The position numbers were made by a program, and so were the translations under genes. A stretch of DNA of 64,000 nt from Rhizophagus irregularis (Eukaryota). How positions within the stretch are numbered: the first letter of the stretch is position 1; the number at the start of each line of letters is the position of its first letter. Shown piece by piece: positions 12,623-25,228 of this stretch. The stretch spans positions 3,596,001 through 3,660,000 of the forward strand of contig NC_089429.1 of NCBI RefSeq assembly GCF_026210795.1, given 5' to 3'. Below the pieces are notes generated by a model, which saw only the letters and a program-made list of their open reading frames with translations, did not search any database and was not told where the DNA came from.

Positions 12623-13875
12623 CTATACAAATGTATAAAGAAGAATTTTTGTTAAATGACAATAAGTATTTGAATATTTGTGTAGATAAGGCTATTTTTA
12701 GGAGGTTAATTAAATCACATGTGTGATGGAAAAAAATAAGGCCAATATTAAGCCAATGGCATACTTTGAAAGAAATGCTTAATGTTATACTGACCATTTT
12801 TCAAGTTATGGGATCTTTCATTTAGCTACAGCAATTGGAGTTCAATTTTTAGATAAACTTCAGGCTATTGTCGACTATAGGTCAGCAAAAAGAGTATTGT
12901 AATTGTTATAGGTTACTATTAGAATAGCAATTTACATTTATGCAAAAAAGAAGAATATCGGTATTGAAGAAATTTCAGATGGCCCAATAAATGAAAACAT
13001 ATGTGTCAAAGCTTGGTACTACTATTATAAATATTTTGCAATATGAAAAAGTCATCTCATCAGAATTTGCATTGGTAACTATGAATTACAACATGATAGT
13101 CTAACAGCATTCTCGCCTCTTTTCCCTATCGCAGAAAAAATAATTATACAACCTCTGTGGTTCATTTCCTATCAATTTTTAACAAATATCCTAATTTAGA
13201 AAAAAAATTCAAATATTGTGCTTCTATTAATTTAGCAAGAAAAGGTCATTATTCAGCTTTTGATGAAACTCTTGAAATGCATGGGGTTGGATATATTAAA
13301 CCAAATGTAATCTGAAATGTTGTTGATCAAAAAAACTTAAATCTTCAAATTCAAACCACCTAAAACGAAAGGGAAAGGATTGATACATTATTGAATGAGT
13401 TTTTAGATCCATACAATTATGATAAAAAAGATCATAAAGTAAATAATCAAATTGATCCTCTATGGAAATTGATAGATAATTTAGTTGAAGTATTTCAAAT
13501 AAGTAATTATAGGGAATACAAACTTTTCAAGAAGAATCCACCTTCACAGTTAACTCCAGAAGGATTAGAAGAATTAAATAATGCTTATAAAGAAGGATTG
13601 AAAAGGATAAAGGAAATGTATCATTAAGAAGTTATTAAAACTGAACAGATAAATACAAAAGGAAGACACTATTTAGAAATACTAGTTAAAACAGACATAA
13701 GATTAACAAAATCCTCACAAAAAAAAAAAGCTCTCGAAAATACCCCTCATTCTATATCACATGAAATTTCACAACAACAATTATCTTCTAAAAATTCAAA
13801 TAGACAATCAAATATACCAGAAGAAGAAAAAGAAATATTAAATCCTTTGTTACTTAAAAGTACAGTACTGACAGA

Positions 13876-14188
13876 TAGAGCATCGAATCGGAATGAGTCA
13901 GCTCGAGTAAAACGAGTCAAGAATTTTTTGACTCGAAGAGTACTCGAGTCGAGTCGGGAGTGAAGTTGCTCAAGTTAATTTGAGTCAAAAGTTAAAGTGC
14001 AGGCCAAAAAAATTATCCATAATTTTACCCAGACCGTTATAGTCGTAGTGCCGGCAGGAATTACAAATAGGGTTCAGCCGGCACTATCAACCACGTGATC
14101 CCGGTTGACTCGAGTCAAGAAATTTCTGACTCGAGTGCGAGTTCAACTCGAGTCAACTCGAGTTACATGAGTGCGAGTCCAAGCTCTA
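13876..14188. mobile_element. hAT-type MITE
   Basis: TAGAGC...GCTCTA ends, perfect 8-bp TSD CTGACAGA, many CTCGAG/GAGTC subterminal repeats. Confidence 0.9.
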
Positions 14189-14664
14189 CTGACAGAAAAA
14201 GAAATTAATGATATCCTAGAAAATCTGCCGTCTACATGGAATATTTAAAGGGTTAAACGTTATTATAATAATAATAACAAAAAAACAAAAGTTTTGAAGT
14301 ATAATAAAATTGAAATTTTGACTTCATATAAAAACTATCAAATAAACTTATTTCTGTAACAAAAGTTTATCGAAAAGAAGCACTCCCATTTATTCAAAAC
14401 ATAAATAATAAACTCATAAATTTTCAGACTCGCGAGGACTTGAACAAATGCACCAAAAATTTCATAAACTTTATACTTTGTATGTTTTTTTTAACAAAAT
14501 TTTTTTAAAAAAAAGGTTACATAAAATATTGTGCAACTAGATAAATCGAAATAATTTGTTGAATAGTCATACTAAAATATATAACTAAGGACTTTAATAT
14601 GATTGAAGATTTTTTATTTAATGTCATACAAGATTTTTTTACTAATAAAATTGTGTAATGTGGA

Positions 14665-16284
14665 AGGACCCTGAACAATATATATAAAGGTAGGTTTTGA
14701 GTTTGCTTAACCAACATATAAAAATTTTTCCTATGTGAGATTTATTATTGCTTATTTGATAACATAATTTTTAAATAGTCAGATATAATTATGCGTAGCA
14801 GAGTACTAAATTATTAATAGTCAGATATATATTTGCGTAGCAGGATAGATTTTTTTAATATATATATATAATATAATATATATTTACATTTTTCACATTA
14901 AAAAAAATTAATAAAATATGTAAACAAAGTTATAAACATGTTTGTGTAAAAAAAATTTACTATTTTTAATACAAAGAATAAGTTAATTGTATACGTAATA
15001 CAGGAAACATTTTTAGACGTGATTGTGTAACGTGTTTTTGATAAAACAAATACGCGTCCGCGTAACATTAAAATTATAAATCATATACGCGTCTGTGTAA
15101 CAGTTAAAAAATATATATTGAAAATGAGAGCAAGAAAAATAAGTGGTTTTCTGTTTTTTTATAATTTTACACTATAATTTTTGTAATAATCAATAAAAGT
15201 TATTTCATTTTTACTTAGAAAATTTTTTAAAAATATTTTTTTTGACAAATTTTACAGTAAATTTTAATTCCGCGTATTGGTGGCGTTACAAAAAACATGA
15301 ATAAATCCATAAATATCTATTCAATCATGATAAAAATTTATATGTAAGTAGATTCGAACCTGCTGAACAACTTTACTTAAGAAGGTTTTGGATGTTTCCT
15401 TTGACTAAAGTGCCTAAATTACGCTCTGAAGTCACAGAACAGATATACGAAAATATTAATAAGAAACATTTATAAGTTGTATAGTTGGCAAATCATCAAG
15501 TTGTTTCAAATTGAGATTTTAAAAAAATCACGTGATATATATAACACTAATTTGCGATTGGTTAAAAATCAAACTATATCGGGAAATGTTTTACTTTATT
15601 AATCATCAATATTTTCAAAAATAAAATCTGGAACAAATCTTTCACAGCTTTTTTTCTTTTTTTAGCTATTTTTTGACAGTGTTGTGCTTGTCTTTTTAGT
15701 CGTGCCATGGGAAAAAATGCTATGATCTGCATTACCTCTCAGCCAGTCATAGTTCTGGTCTAAATTATAGAATTTTGTCAAATTCTGGCCAGAATTAGAT
15801 GTTTCAAATCCTACCATCTATTAAGAAAATACCAAACTTTGCAGGCTAATAACTTTTGATCTAGATCACCAATCAGGATAATCTCAACGTCATTTTATAG
15901 TTTAAGTTAGTAACAATTAAATTATGTTGAGTTATTTTAAATATATGCATCCAAAATATTTTTATTAAATTTCTAATTTGGACAATTTTATTTGATGAAT
16001 TGTTGTGTCTCAAACCGTAATATTACAAAAAAATAATAATAGCTTTATCCATACATTATTTCAAAAATTTTTGTTTTTTTAGTTTTTTTTATATACATAT
16101 TTTATAAAAAAAATTATATATAAATATATATATGTCATAAAATAAATTGCTTAGCAGTGTAAAAAATTTATGGGTTAGATAAAAGTTTGCTTAGCAGACA
16201 TGAAAAATATTTGCTTATTGACCTTAGTAAATTTTGAATTTTTTATCTGACCTATATTGCTATATATATATTGTTCAGGGTCCT
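14665..16284. mobile_element. 1.6-kb non-autonomous DNA transposon with AGGACCCTGAACAATATATATA TIRs
   Basis: ~22-bp TIRs. 8-bp TSD AATGTGGA (14657-14664, 16285-16292); alternatively 10 bp with one mismatch if the ends are GG..CC. No long ORF. Confidence 0.85.
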
Positions 16285-16551
16285 AATGTGGATTTGTCTG
16301 GTGATTGATAATAAATTTTAATTATTGAAATTTTACCAATAATATAACTTTTAAAATCAAAAATTGTATGTATTTTTATATATTTTATGTACAAGTTTAC
16401 TTAAAATATTAAAATAAGTTTTAAAAGTAAATTTTAAGAAAAATTAACTTTTTGATTTTTTTTCTTATTTTATATAGATAAAATCAAATTTTGGATTTAT
16501 AACCTTTTTTGATGCCTTAAATAAACTTGTAGAGCATATAAAAATATATAT

Positions 16552-16744
16552 AAATAATATGAAAAAAAGTGAAAATATATAAAAAATATGATAATAATCA
16601 TATATTTATATTTAAAAAATATTATTTATATATAAAAACAATTATTTAATAAATAATATGAAAAAAAGTGAAAATATATAAAATATGATAATGTCATTAT
16701 ATTTATATTTAAAAAATATTATTTATATATAAAAACAATTATTT
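16552..16744 (+). repeat. Tandem duplication of ~95-100 bp AT-rich unit
   Basis: AAATAATATGAAAAAAAGTGAAAATATATA...AAAACAATTATTT occurs twice in tandem. Confidence 0.85.
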
Positions 16745-16905
16745 CCAGTTAATTTCTAATTAACTACTGGCTTAATTTTTATAAAATTTGATTTATTTAA
16801 ATCTTTTTAATTAAAAGTTTTATTTTCTAGGTGTTTTGGAATAGAGTTTATTTAATTTTAAAAAGTATAATAAATTTTTAATTTTTTAATTTGTAATTTT
16901 AAGTA

Positions 16906-17191
16906 GGGTTTAAAATTTGTACACACCTGCGCATGTACGCATCCCTATGGATATATTATATATAAACTCTTCATGGCTCATTAAGTAAAGTTGTAGTATA
17001 GGCAAAAATACGCATAGTAAATAAAATTTTAAGGCTTTATAATATGTACGTAAGAATTGCGGCATGAATATTTAAAAAAATCAGTATTTTACTAAAGTCA
17101 CGTGATAATTAATGATCGACAAATTTACTATATAAAAATTACCAAAAATGGAGGGTGTGCATATGTGCGAGTGTGTATAAATTTTATTTCC
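16906..17191. mobile_element. Mutator-type MITE, copy 2
   Basis: Homologous to 1999-2290 in the same orientation; TSD TTTTAAGTA / TTTTAAATA (8/9). Confidence 0.85.
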
Positions 17192-17317
17192 TTTTAAATA
17201 ATTTTAATTATAAAGTCATTTAAATGTATAGTTAACAATGTTAATTTTAATTGTAATTGTTTAATCTTTACTTTATCTTTTTTATTTACTGATTAAAATA
17301 GTCAAGTTAATAAATTT

Positions 17318-18109
17318 ATGTTATATATGTTATATAACTGTTTATATATAATGTTATACAGTCAGCCCTCTATAGTGAATTTTGATATAACGAATTTCAC
17401 GATATAACAAATCTTTAGTGTGGTACGCATTTAGTCATATGAAAAAAATTCATTACACCGAATTTTACTAATAAAATGTATTATAATGTTGAACAAAGAA
17501 AATTTTATAATTTCACATATGTAAATGACCCTTTTTATAACGAACTTCTTTTAAAACGAATTTGTTTTTTAGTATAACAAAGATTTTTGCAAGATAAATT
17601 TTAATATAAAAGATAATTTGATGTTGCTTTCATAAAATTTTTCCCAAATAAGCAATTTTACCATTTTAATTCATTTATCAAAAGATGAATGATTTATGCT
17701 TTGAAATTTCTTTGCCTCTGTGATCTGACATTTTACAAATGTATTTGATTTTTCTATATTTTATCACATTATACCAAATTTTTCTGCTATACCAGATAAT
17801 TTGTTATAGCATTAGCGAATTTTCTCATAATGAAGGGCTGATCAGCCCGGATGTCTACTTCGTTATATTAAGGGCTGACTGTATATGTTATATAACCGTT
17901 ATATAATGTTATATATGTTATATAATCGTTATATAATGTTATATAACATATCATATCGGCTGATCAGAAAAGCCTCCCATAATTTTATATGCTAAATGAC
18001 AATAAGTAACCCATCAGTTATATAATGAACCCATCAACTGAGCTTAAATATTAATTGGCTTGATTTTTCCAATCAGCCGATATGTATAACTGTTATATGC
18101 CCATCTCTA
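17318..18109. mobile_element. hAT-like remnant (right end only)
   Basis: Ends GCCCATCTCTA (reverse complement TAGAGATGGGC, typical hAT terminus) with GTTATATA subterminal repeats; left end not found. Confidence 0.5.
17359..17881. mobile_element. Tc1/mariner(pogo)-type MITE
   Basis: TA|CAGTCAGCCCT...AGGGCTGACTG|TA; inserted in a GTTATATA repeat tract. Confidence 0.85.
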
Positions 18110-18229
18110 GTTTTGAAACATTTTTTAAACTTTTAATAGAAATATTGGAAAAACATTTTTATTAAGTGATTTTATATAAAAAAATATTTTTTGCAAACAT
18201 TCTTATACTAAAACAATTTGGTAAATGGT

Positions 18230-18400
18230 AATTATTGAAACTGATCAAACCTCTAAGTTTTACTAGTTTCAGATTAGTTTTACCAGTTTCAGATAGTTTT
18301 ACAAGTTTTACCAGTTTTGGAAAATAAAAAAATTTCAGAAATAGTTTTACCAAGTTTCGGTTTTGACAGTTTTGGAAAATACTAAGTTTCAGCAGCATCT
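18230..18400. repeat. Degenerate TTTTACCAGTTT repeat tract, probably TE subterminal remnant
   Basis: Several TTTTACCAGTTT / TTTTACAAGTTT units; similar tract at ~61830-61885. Confidence 0.5.
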
Positions 18401-18567
18401 TTAATAACGAAAATGAAAAAAGTCAAATAAATCAAAAACAGGATCTAAAACCCTACTCTATACTCTAAGTAAACTTGCAGAGCAGGCAAAAATGCATTTA
18501 GCATGTTTGTTTAGAATGGTTGTATATACGGTAAAAAGATTTATTTATGGAAAACAATTTTTTCGAA

Positions 18568-18706
18568 GTCACGTGATTTGCCGCTTCAATGTTTGCCGGG
18601 ATTTGGCCCGAGTCAATGTTGGTCATCAGTCATAACAAAGATATCAACCAATCAAAATTTTATACATCCACGTGACACCGTCAATGATTTTTTAATATAT
18701 ATATAA
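18568..18706 (+). promoter_or_regulatory. Putative RPC2 promoter: two E-boxes, CCAAT, TATA-like
   Basis: GTCACGTGA at 18568, CACGTGAC at 18669, AACCAATCA ~18647 and TATATATAAA ~18698, upstream of ATG 18750. Confidence 0.4.
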
Positions 18707-18749
18707 AGATTTCCGTCTTGATTTGATAATCTGCAAAATTTAAAGAGTT

Positions 18750-21700
18750 ATGTTGGGCAAAAAAACTGTTACTTTTGCTGATGATGTTAGGTCTGATACT
18801 TCCGAAGAAGCTTTTGAGAACTTAAAGAAAACTAATTATGCTGGCAAGAAGTTAACTGATCCTGTCAAAGAAGTTGAAGCAAGTATTTAATCTGAATACT
18901 TTCATTCATATTGCATAATAATTAAATTGTAAAATATTTATTTATTAGGATAAATGGCAACTTTTACCTGCCTTTCTTAAAGTTAAAGGATTAGTTAAAC
19001 AGCATATTGATTCTTACAATTATTTTGTTGAAACTGAATTAAAAAAGATAGTTCGAACAAATGAAATGATTACTTCAGATGTGGATCCATCATTCTGGTT
19101 AAAGTAAATAATTTTTAATCAAATATTTCTTCCAATCTGAATTAACATCTTGGACTATTTATATACAGATATCTTGATATAAGAGTTGGACCACCTGATA
19201 GACCTGATACGGACCATGAAGCACATGTAAACGTATTTACACCACATGAATGCAGATTAAGAGATCTAACATATTCTGGTAATATTTGTGTTGATATAGA
19301 ATATGTTCGTGGAAAGAAAAGGGTTGTACGTAAAAATACTATTATTGGTAAAATGCCAATTATGCTTAGGAGTTCCAAATGTGTATTAACTGATAAGTCT
19401 GAAGCTGAACTGGCAAAGATGTTTGAATGTCCATTAGATCCAGGTTTGTTAGTGTTTCTAAGTTTTGTTTGATGTAAATGTTACAATTAATTTATGAATT
19501 ATTTTATAGGTGGTTATTTTATCATAAAAGGTACAGAGAAAGTTATTCTCATACAAGAACAACTTTCAAAAAATCGTATAATCGTTGAAGGTGACAAAAA
19601 AGGTCTTGTACAGGCTTATGTTACAAGGTTATTATTGCTTTTTGATATTATTTTTTCTATTCCTTAAGTAAATTCAAGTTGTTAATAGCTTTAATTTATT
19701 ATTCTATAGTTCAACCCATGAGAGAAAAAGTAAGACATATATAGTAGCAAAGAATGATGCAAAAAATGATAAAATAACTTTGAAACATAATTCTATATCA
19801 GAAGAAATACCTATTGTAATAGTAATGAAGGTAAAGGATGTTCACTTTAATATTACCTAGAATCTCTTGATTTTTATATTTTATTTTATTGTTACAGGCA
19901 ATGGGAATTCAATCAGATAAAGAAATATCGCAACTTATTTCAGGAGGAAATCAAATCTTTTTAAACATGTTTTCACCAAATATAGAACAATGTGCAAAAA
20001 TGAAAATATTTACACAAAAACAAGCATTAGATTATATTGGAAGTAAAGTTAAAGTAACAAGAAAAATTGCAAATGTTAGGAGACCTATGGCAGAAGAAGC
20101 ACTAGAAGTATTATCAACTGTAGTACTTGCTCATGTACCAGTAAAAGATCTAAACTTTCAACCAAAATGTATTTATATAGCTATTATGATTCGAAGAGTT
20201 TTAATGGCCTTAGCTAATGAAAATTTGGTTGATGATCGAGATTATGTTGGAAATAAAAGACTGGAATTGTGAGTTAATTTGTTAAATTAGTAAGTTTTTG
20301 AATTATGCAAGTTTTTAATTTGTTTTAATCTTTAATTTAGAGCTGGATCTTTATTATCTTTGTTATTTGAGGATTTATTTAAAAAGTTTAACTTTGATTT
20401 AAAGATGAACATTGATAAACTGTTGAAAAAACCCAATAGAGCTACAGAATTTGATGCTCATAAACAATTAATGCAACATGGTGATAGTATTACTAATGGA
20501 TTTGTTAGAGCTATAGCTACAGGAAATTGGACATTAAAACGGTTTAAAATGGAAAGGGCTGGAATAACACATGTTCTTAGCAGATTAAGTTATATTGCAG
20601 CATTGGGAACAATGACAAGAATAACATCACAATATGAAAAAACAAGAAAAGTTAGTGGACCTAGAGCACTTCAGGTGAGTTTTCTTTCTAATTTGTTAAT
20701 GAAATAACAAATGAAAATTGTTGAAAGTCAGTCTTCTAAATTTCCTTTTAGATCAAAAATAACTTGATCAAATTATATTTGGGTTTTAGCCATCACAATG
20801 GGGGATGTTATGTCCTGCAGACACACCTGAAGGTGAAGCTTGTGGTTTAGTTAAGAACCTAGCTTTGATGACACACATTACAACTGATGATGAGGAACAA
20901 CCATTAAGACGACTAGCTTTCAATCTTGGTATAGAAGGTATATTTTGATAAATCTTAATGGGATAAATTTCATATTCTACCTAAACTTTAAAATTTACAT
21001 AGGCTAATTATTATTATAATAATAATGAAAAAAAGATGTTAATAGTTTGACTGGTGCAGAGCTGTATCGTAAAAATGCATATATGGTCTTTTTAAATGGT
21101 CTTATGCTTGGAATTACATGTCAACCAAATAATTTTGTTCATGATTTTAGACGATTGCGCCGATGCGGTAGAATTTCAGAATTTGTTAGCATATATGTTA
21201 ATCATCATCATAATGCTGTTCATATTGCTTCAGATGGTGGACGTGTATGTCGTCCTTTAATCATTGTAGAAAATAGAATACCTAAAGTCACTACAAAGCA
21301 CATTCAGGTAAATTATTATTTTTTTTTTATATTATTTATTTTTTAAACTTTTAAAATACAAATTAAAATTTTTATTTAAACACTTTAAGAAATTAAAAAA
21401 AGATGAAATGACATTTGCAGATTTCTTAGCACAAGGACTTGTCGAATACTTAGATGTAAATGAAGAAAATGATTCAAATATTGCTATTTATGAGCGTGAA
21501 ATAGTTAATGAAACTACACATCTAGAAATTGAACCCTTTACAATTTTAGGTGCTGTAGCAGGATTGATTCCTTATCCACATCATAACCAAAGTCCTAGAA
21601 ATACATATCAATGTGCCATGGGTAAACAAGCTATTGGTGCTATAGCATATAATCAATTAAGAAGAATTGATACATTATTGTACCTTATGGTTTATCCACA

Positions 21701-23044
21701 GCAACCTATGGTTAAAACAAAAACTATAGAATTAGTGGGATATGATAAGTTACCAGCAGGACAAAATGCTATAGTTGCAGTTATGAGTTATTCAGGTTAT
21801 GATATTGAAGATGCTCTTGTGTTAAATAAAGCATCGGTTGATCGTGGATTTGGACGTTGTCAAGTAATGAGAAAACATGTTGCACTAATGAAGAGATATG
21901 CAAATGGAACTTATGATCGTATTGGAGATCCTCCTGCACAAGTTGATTGTCCTACAGGACCTTCAGCTGATAGATTTAATATATTAGATTCTGATGGTAT
22001 AGCAGGAGTTGGGGAAAGAGTTATGCCAGGACAAGTTATTGTGAATAGACATACACCAACGAATTTATCAGCAAATATACCAGTTAATATGCCAATAGTA
22101 AATGCGCCAGTTATTCAATTTACTTGGAAACATTCACCATTAACATATAAAGCTCCAGAACCTGGATATATTGATAAAGTATGTGTAACTACAACAGAAC
22201 AGGAACAAACACTTATTAAAATATTAATAAGACAAACAAGAATACCAGAATTAGGAGATAAATTTTCTTCACGTCATGGACAAAAAGGTGTATGCGGTAT
22301 TATTGTACCACAAGAAGATATGCCATTTGCTGATTCTGGTATATGTCCTGATATTATCATGAATCCACATGGATTTCCTTCACGTATGACTGTAGGTAAA
22401 ATGATTGAATTACTAGCTGGTAAAGCTGGTGTATTAAAGGGCGAATTGCAATATGGTACTGCATTTGGTGGTAGTAAAGTTGAAGACATGAGTAAAATTT
22501 TGATTAAACATGGTTATAGTTATTCCGGAAAGGATTATGTGACATCTGGTAAGTCATTTTTACAAGTTTAAATGATTTAAATACCATTGCAAGAAACTTT
22601 TAAATTTTATCATTCAATACAGGTATAACAGGAGAACCATTGTCCGCGTACATTTTTTTTGGACCAGTATACTATCAAAAATTAAAACATATGGTAGTAG
22701 ATAAAATGCATGCAAGAGCAAGGGGACCAAGAGCAGTATTGACAAGACAACCAACAGAAGGACGTTCAAGAGATGGTGGATTACGTTTAGGTGAGATGGA
22801 AAGAGATTGTTTAGTTGGATATGGAGCAAGTATGTTATTAATGGAAAGATTGATGATATCATCAGACCAATTTGATGTACATGTTTGTGAACAATGTGGA
22901 TTACTGGGCTATAAAGGGTGGTGTCAAAATTGTAAATCTAGTAAATTTATGGTTACTATGCAAATGCCTTATGCTGCCAAATTACTTTTTCAGGAATTAC
23001 AAAGTATGAATATTGCTCCCAGATTAATTTTAGAAGAATTTTAA
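18750..23044 (+). CDS. RPC2: DNA-directed RNA polymerase III second-largest subunit (RPC2/RET1/POLR3B), multi-exon
   Basis: [82 protein letters not shown] and a C-terminal Zn site. The residues match Pol III rather than RPB2. Confidence 0.97.
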
Positions 23045-23984
23045 CATTAGTATAATTACAATAAATAATATTCATAATAGTTTTTTTTTTATTAATTTAA
23101 GAATAAAGTAATTAATTTAATGATATAACATTAAATTAAATCATATTCTAAAATTAGGCTTACTGATTTAAATATTTATAGCTTCTCAGTATTACGAAGA
23201 TAGATCTGAATTGACTTTTACGTGGTCAATTAATCATTTAATAAACCTTTAAGCAGTTAAAAACTTAACTCTGGCTGGCATTAAAGTTTGACTGAAATCA
23301 ATGTATCTTAAACACAATTTTATTATGTAAGAACTTTAAATATATAAAAACTCCGGTCACAATTTCGCTATTGTCATAATCTCATATTTTAACTAACAGA
23401 TAGGTTGTAGATAACCTATGCCTCCTACTGTCAAGATTTCTGGGTGATTTTTTCGTTAAAATATTTTACCCCCGAGTTCCTTGTATTAATTTTTTTACCT
23501 GAAGAAAAAGCCTAATGATCTAACTGATCACATTTACTGCAGTAGGTAAATGAACTCGTCAATCATAAGACTGATAAGAGTAATTTAAATCGTTGCGACA
23601 ACTAATTAATTATATTACATCAGAATTTCACTTGAATAGTTATATTAGGAACTTACTGTCTTATTTTTAGTTTTTACATTCATCATTACAGAAATATTTG
23701 AACATATTCTAACCTCATCATTAAATGCATTCTTATTAGATTTTATAGAGTAATCAAGCTATTCCAAAAATTTATGTATGTTTATGATTGCGTGATTAAG
23801 TGATGCATAAATTATTTATCAAAAAAATTATTCCATTATAAGCATAAAATGATTTATAGATAAACATCGAAAAGGAATTAAAAAGAAAAAAAAGAAAAAT
23901 TTAAATGAAAGCATTTTGCTTTGACTTCAATTCATTAATTCACTCAAAAAGAAACTCTAGAAAAAATTTTTTTTTCTTTGAAAA

Positions 23985-25228
23985 ATGAATCAATTCGTAA
24001 CATTCTCTATTTTTCTTTTTTCTCAATCGCTTTGGTTTATTCTGCTCCTTTAATTATGAATAAAAGGTAATTTTTTTTAACAACACCAATTCTTTTATAT
24101 ATACAGTGTGTAACAAAAAAAACTGTCATGTAATAAAAATGCGTATTATACGCTCAAAATAAATCTGATTTTTTTTGTGTAAATTGGATAATAAACCTAT
24201 GACCAAGACCTATATTATGAAGTTATAATTGCTTCATTATTTTTTTGAAAAATTTCGCTGTAAATATTTACTTTGAATAGAAAAATATAATAAAAAAATA
24301 AATTAAGATTACAAAGCATTTGAATATTGAATTTAAAACATTCAAATATTGTTAAGAATAATGTAAAAAAGTTGATACCAAAAATCAGCAGTATAAGAAA
24401 ACATTTATGGTAGAATTATGAGGAATTTACTCTTCAAAATTCCTCAATTTCGGTATATAGTAAAAAAGCTAAAAAATTATTCAAATTACAAAAATGCGTG
24501 TAGTTCTCTCAAAATAAGTCCATCATTTTAAAATGCAAAATAAACTTGAATATCAGGGCTACATTTTGACATCTTTCATGATCATAATGCTTTTTTCCTT
24601 CTTGAGAAAATTAACTACAAGTGTTGATTTTTGAAGAAAAAATATAATTTGAAATTTGTGAATTTATAATGAATACAAAGTCATTGAAAATTTCTCAAAT
24701 ATTATCAAGATCAATAAAAAAGTATAAATTAAAAATTTTTTTTTGATTATCTACTGCACTTTATGCAAAGAAATACACATTAATTCTAAATTAGTTACAA
24801 AAAAGTTTTAATCTAAAAAAATTATTATAAGCTTAATTATAAAAAAATTACTGCATTAAACACCATTTTAATTTACCATTGATAAGTTTTCAGCTTTCGA
24901 ATAAGCTATTTTACATATAAATTTGGTGCGATCATCATGGTGTTACAGACAATTTTTTAATTCCGATTTTTTTTGTTACACTGTAAATCAACCATCATTA
25001 AATGCTGCAAATGAAGAAGCAAATTTAAATCAACTCAAAGTCTCAGCTAGTACGACTCAAAATGATTCTGCTAATTTTTATGATTCTGATCAGGCGAATG
25101 CTTTATTCGTTTCCAAACGTAATGTCATTCCTGGAACCGGTTCATCAATTACACCTTACTTGACTTTTAATAGAGTAAATAATTTGGTTGCTGGTCGTGA
25201 TTCTTTTGTTAATGCATTTGGTTTTTAA
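23985..25228 (+). CDS. Small secreted Asn-rich protein with Kex2-type KR sites; intron interrupted by a MITE
   Basis: Exon 1 MNQFVTFSIFLFFSIALVYSAPLIMNK-AG|GTAA (signal peptide, then KR). Downstream frame NQPSLNAANEEANLNQ...LFVSKRNVIPG...NAFGF*. Confidence 0.6.
24104..24983. mobile_element. Tc1/mariner-like non-autonomous element, 880 bp
   Basis: TA|CAGTGTGTAACAAAAAAAA...TTTTTTTTGTTACACTG|TA. Confidence 0.75.

Larger units (their letters stand above)
2957..14300 (+). pseudogene. Decayed large transposase-like ORF (Academ/DUF6589-like), host of several nested insertions
   Basis: Fragments join across insertions: ...RRRCLFC...SQGD|GCSKH...CNRQHTCPAL; AVIDNINFKE (~11670); EIFCT|IQMYKEEF...ICVDKAIFRRL (~12680); LSQWH (~12750). 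These resemble the DNxD / D-x-A-x-F / LGxxH motifs of Academ-type transposases. Many stops and frameshifts; boundaries approximate. Confidence 0.5.

Noticed and set aside
15340..15370. GATTCGAACC, a reverse tRNA B-box/T-loop
   Set aside because: No cloverleaf or A-box; lies within a non-autonomous transposon.
18750..23044. RPB2 or RPA2 assignment
   Set aside because: Diagnostic segments ([44 protein letters not shown]) match the Pol III subunit.
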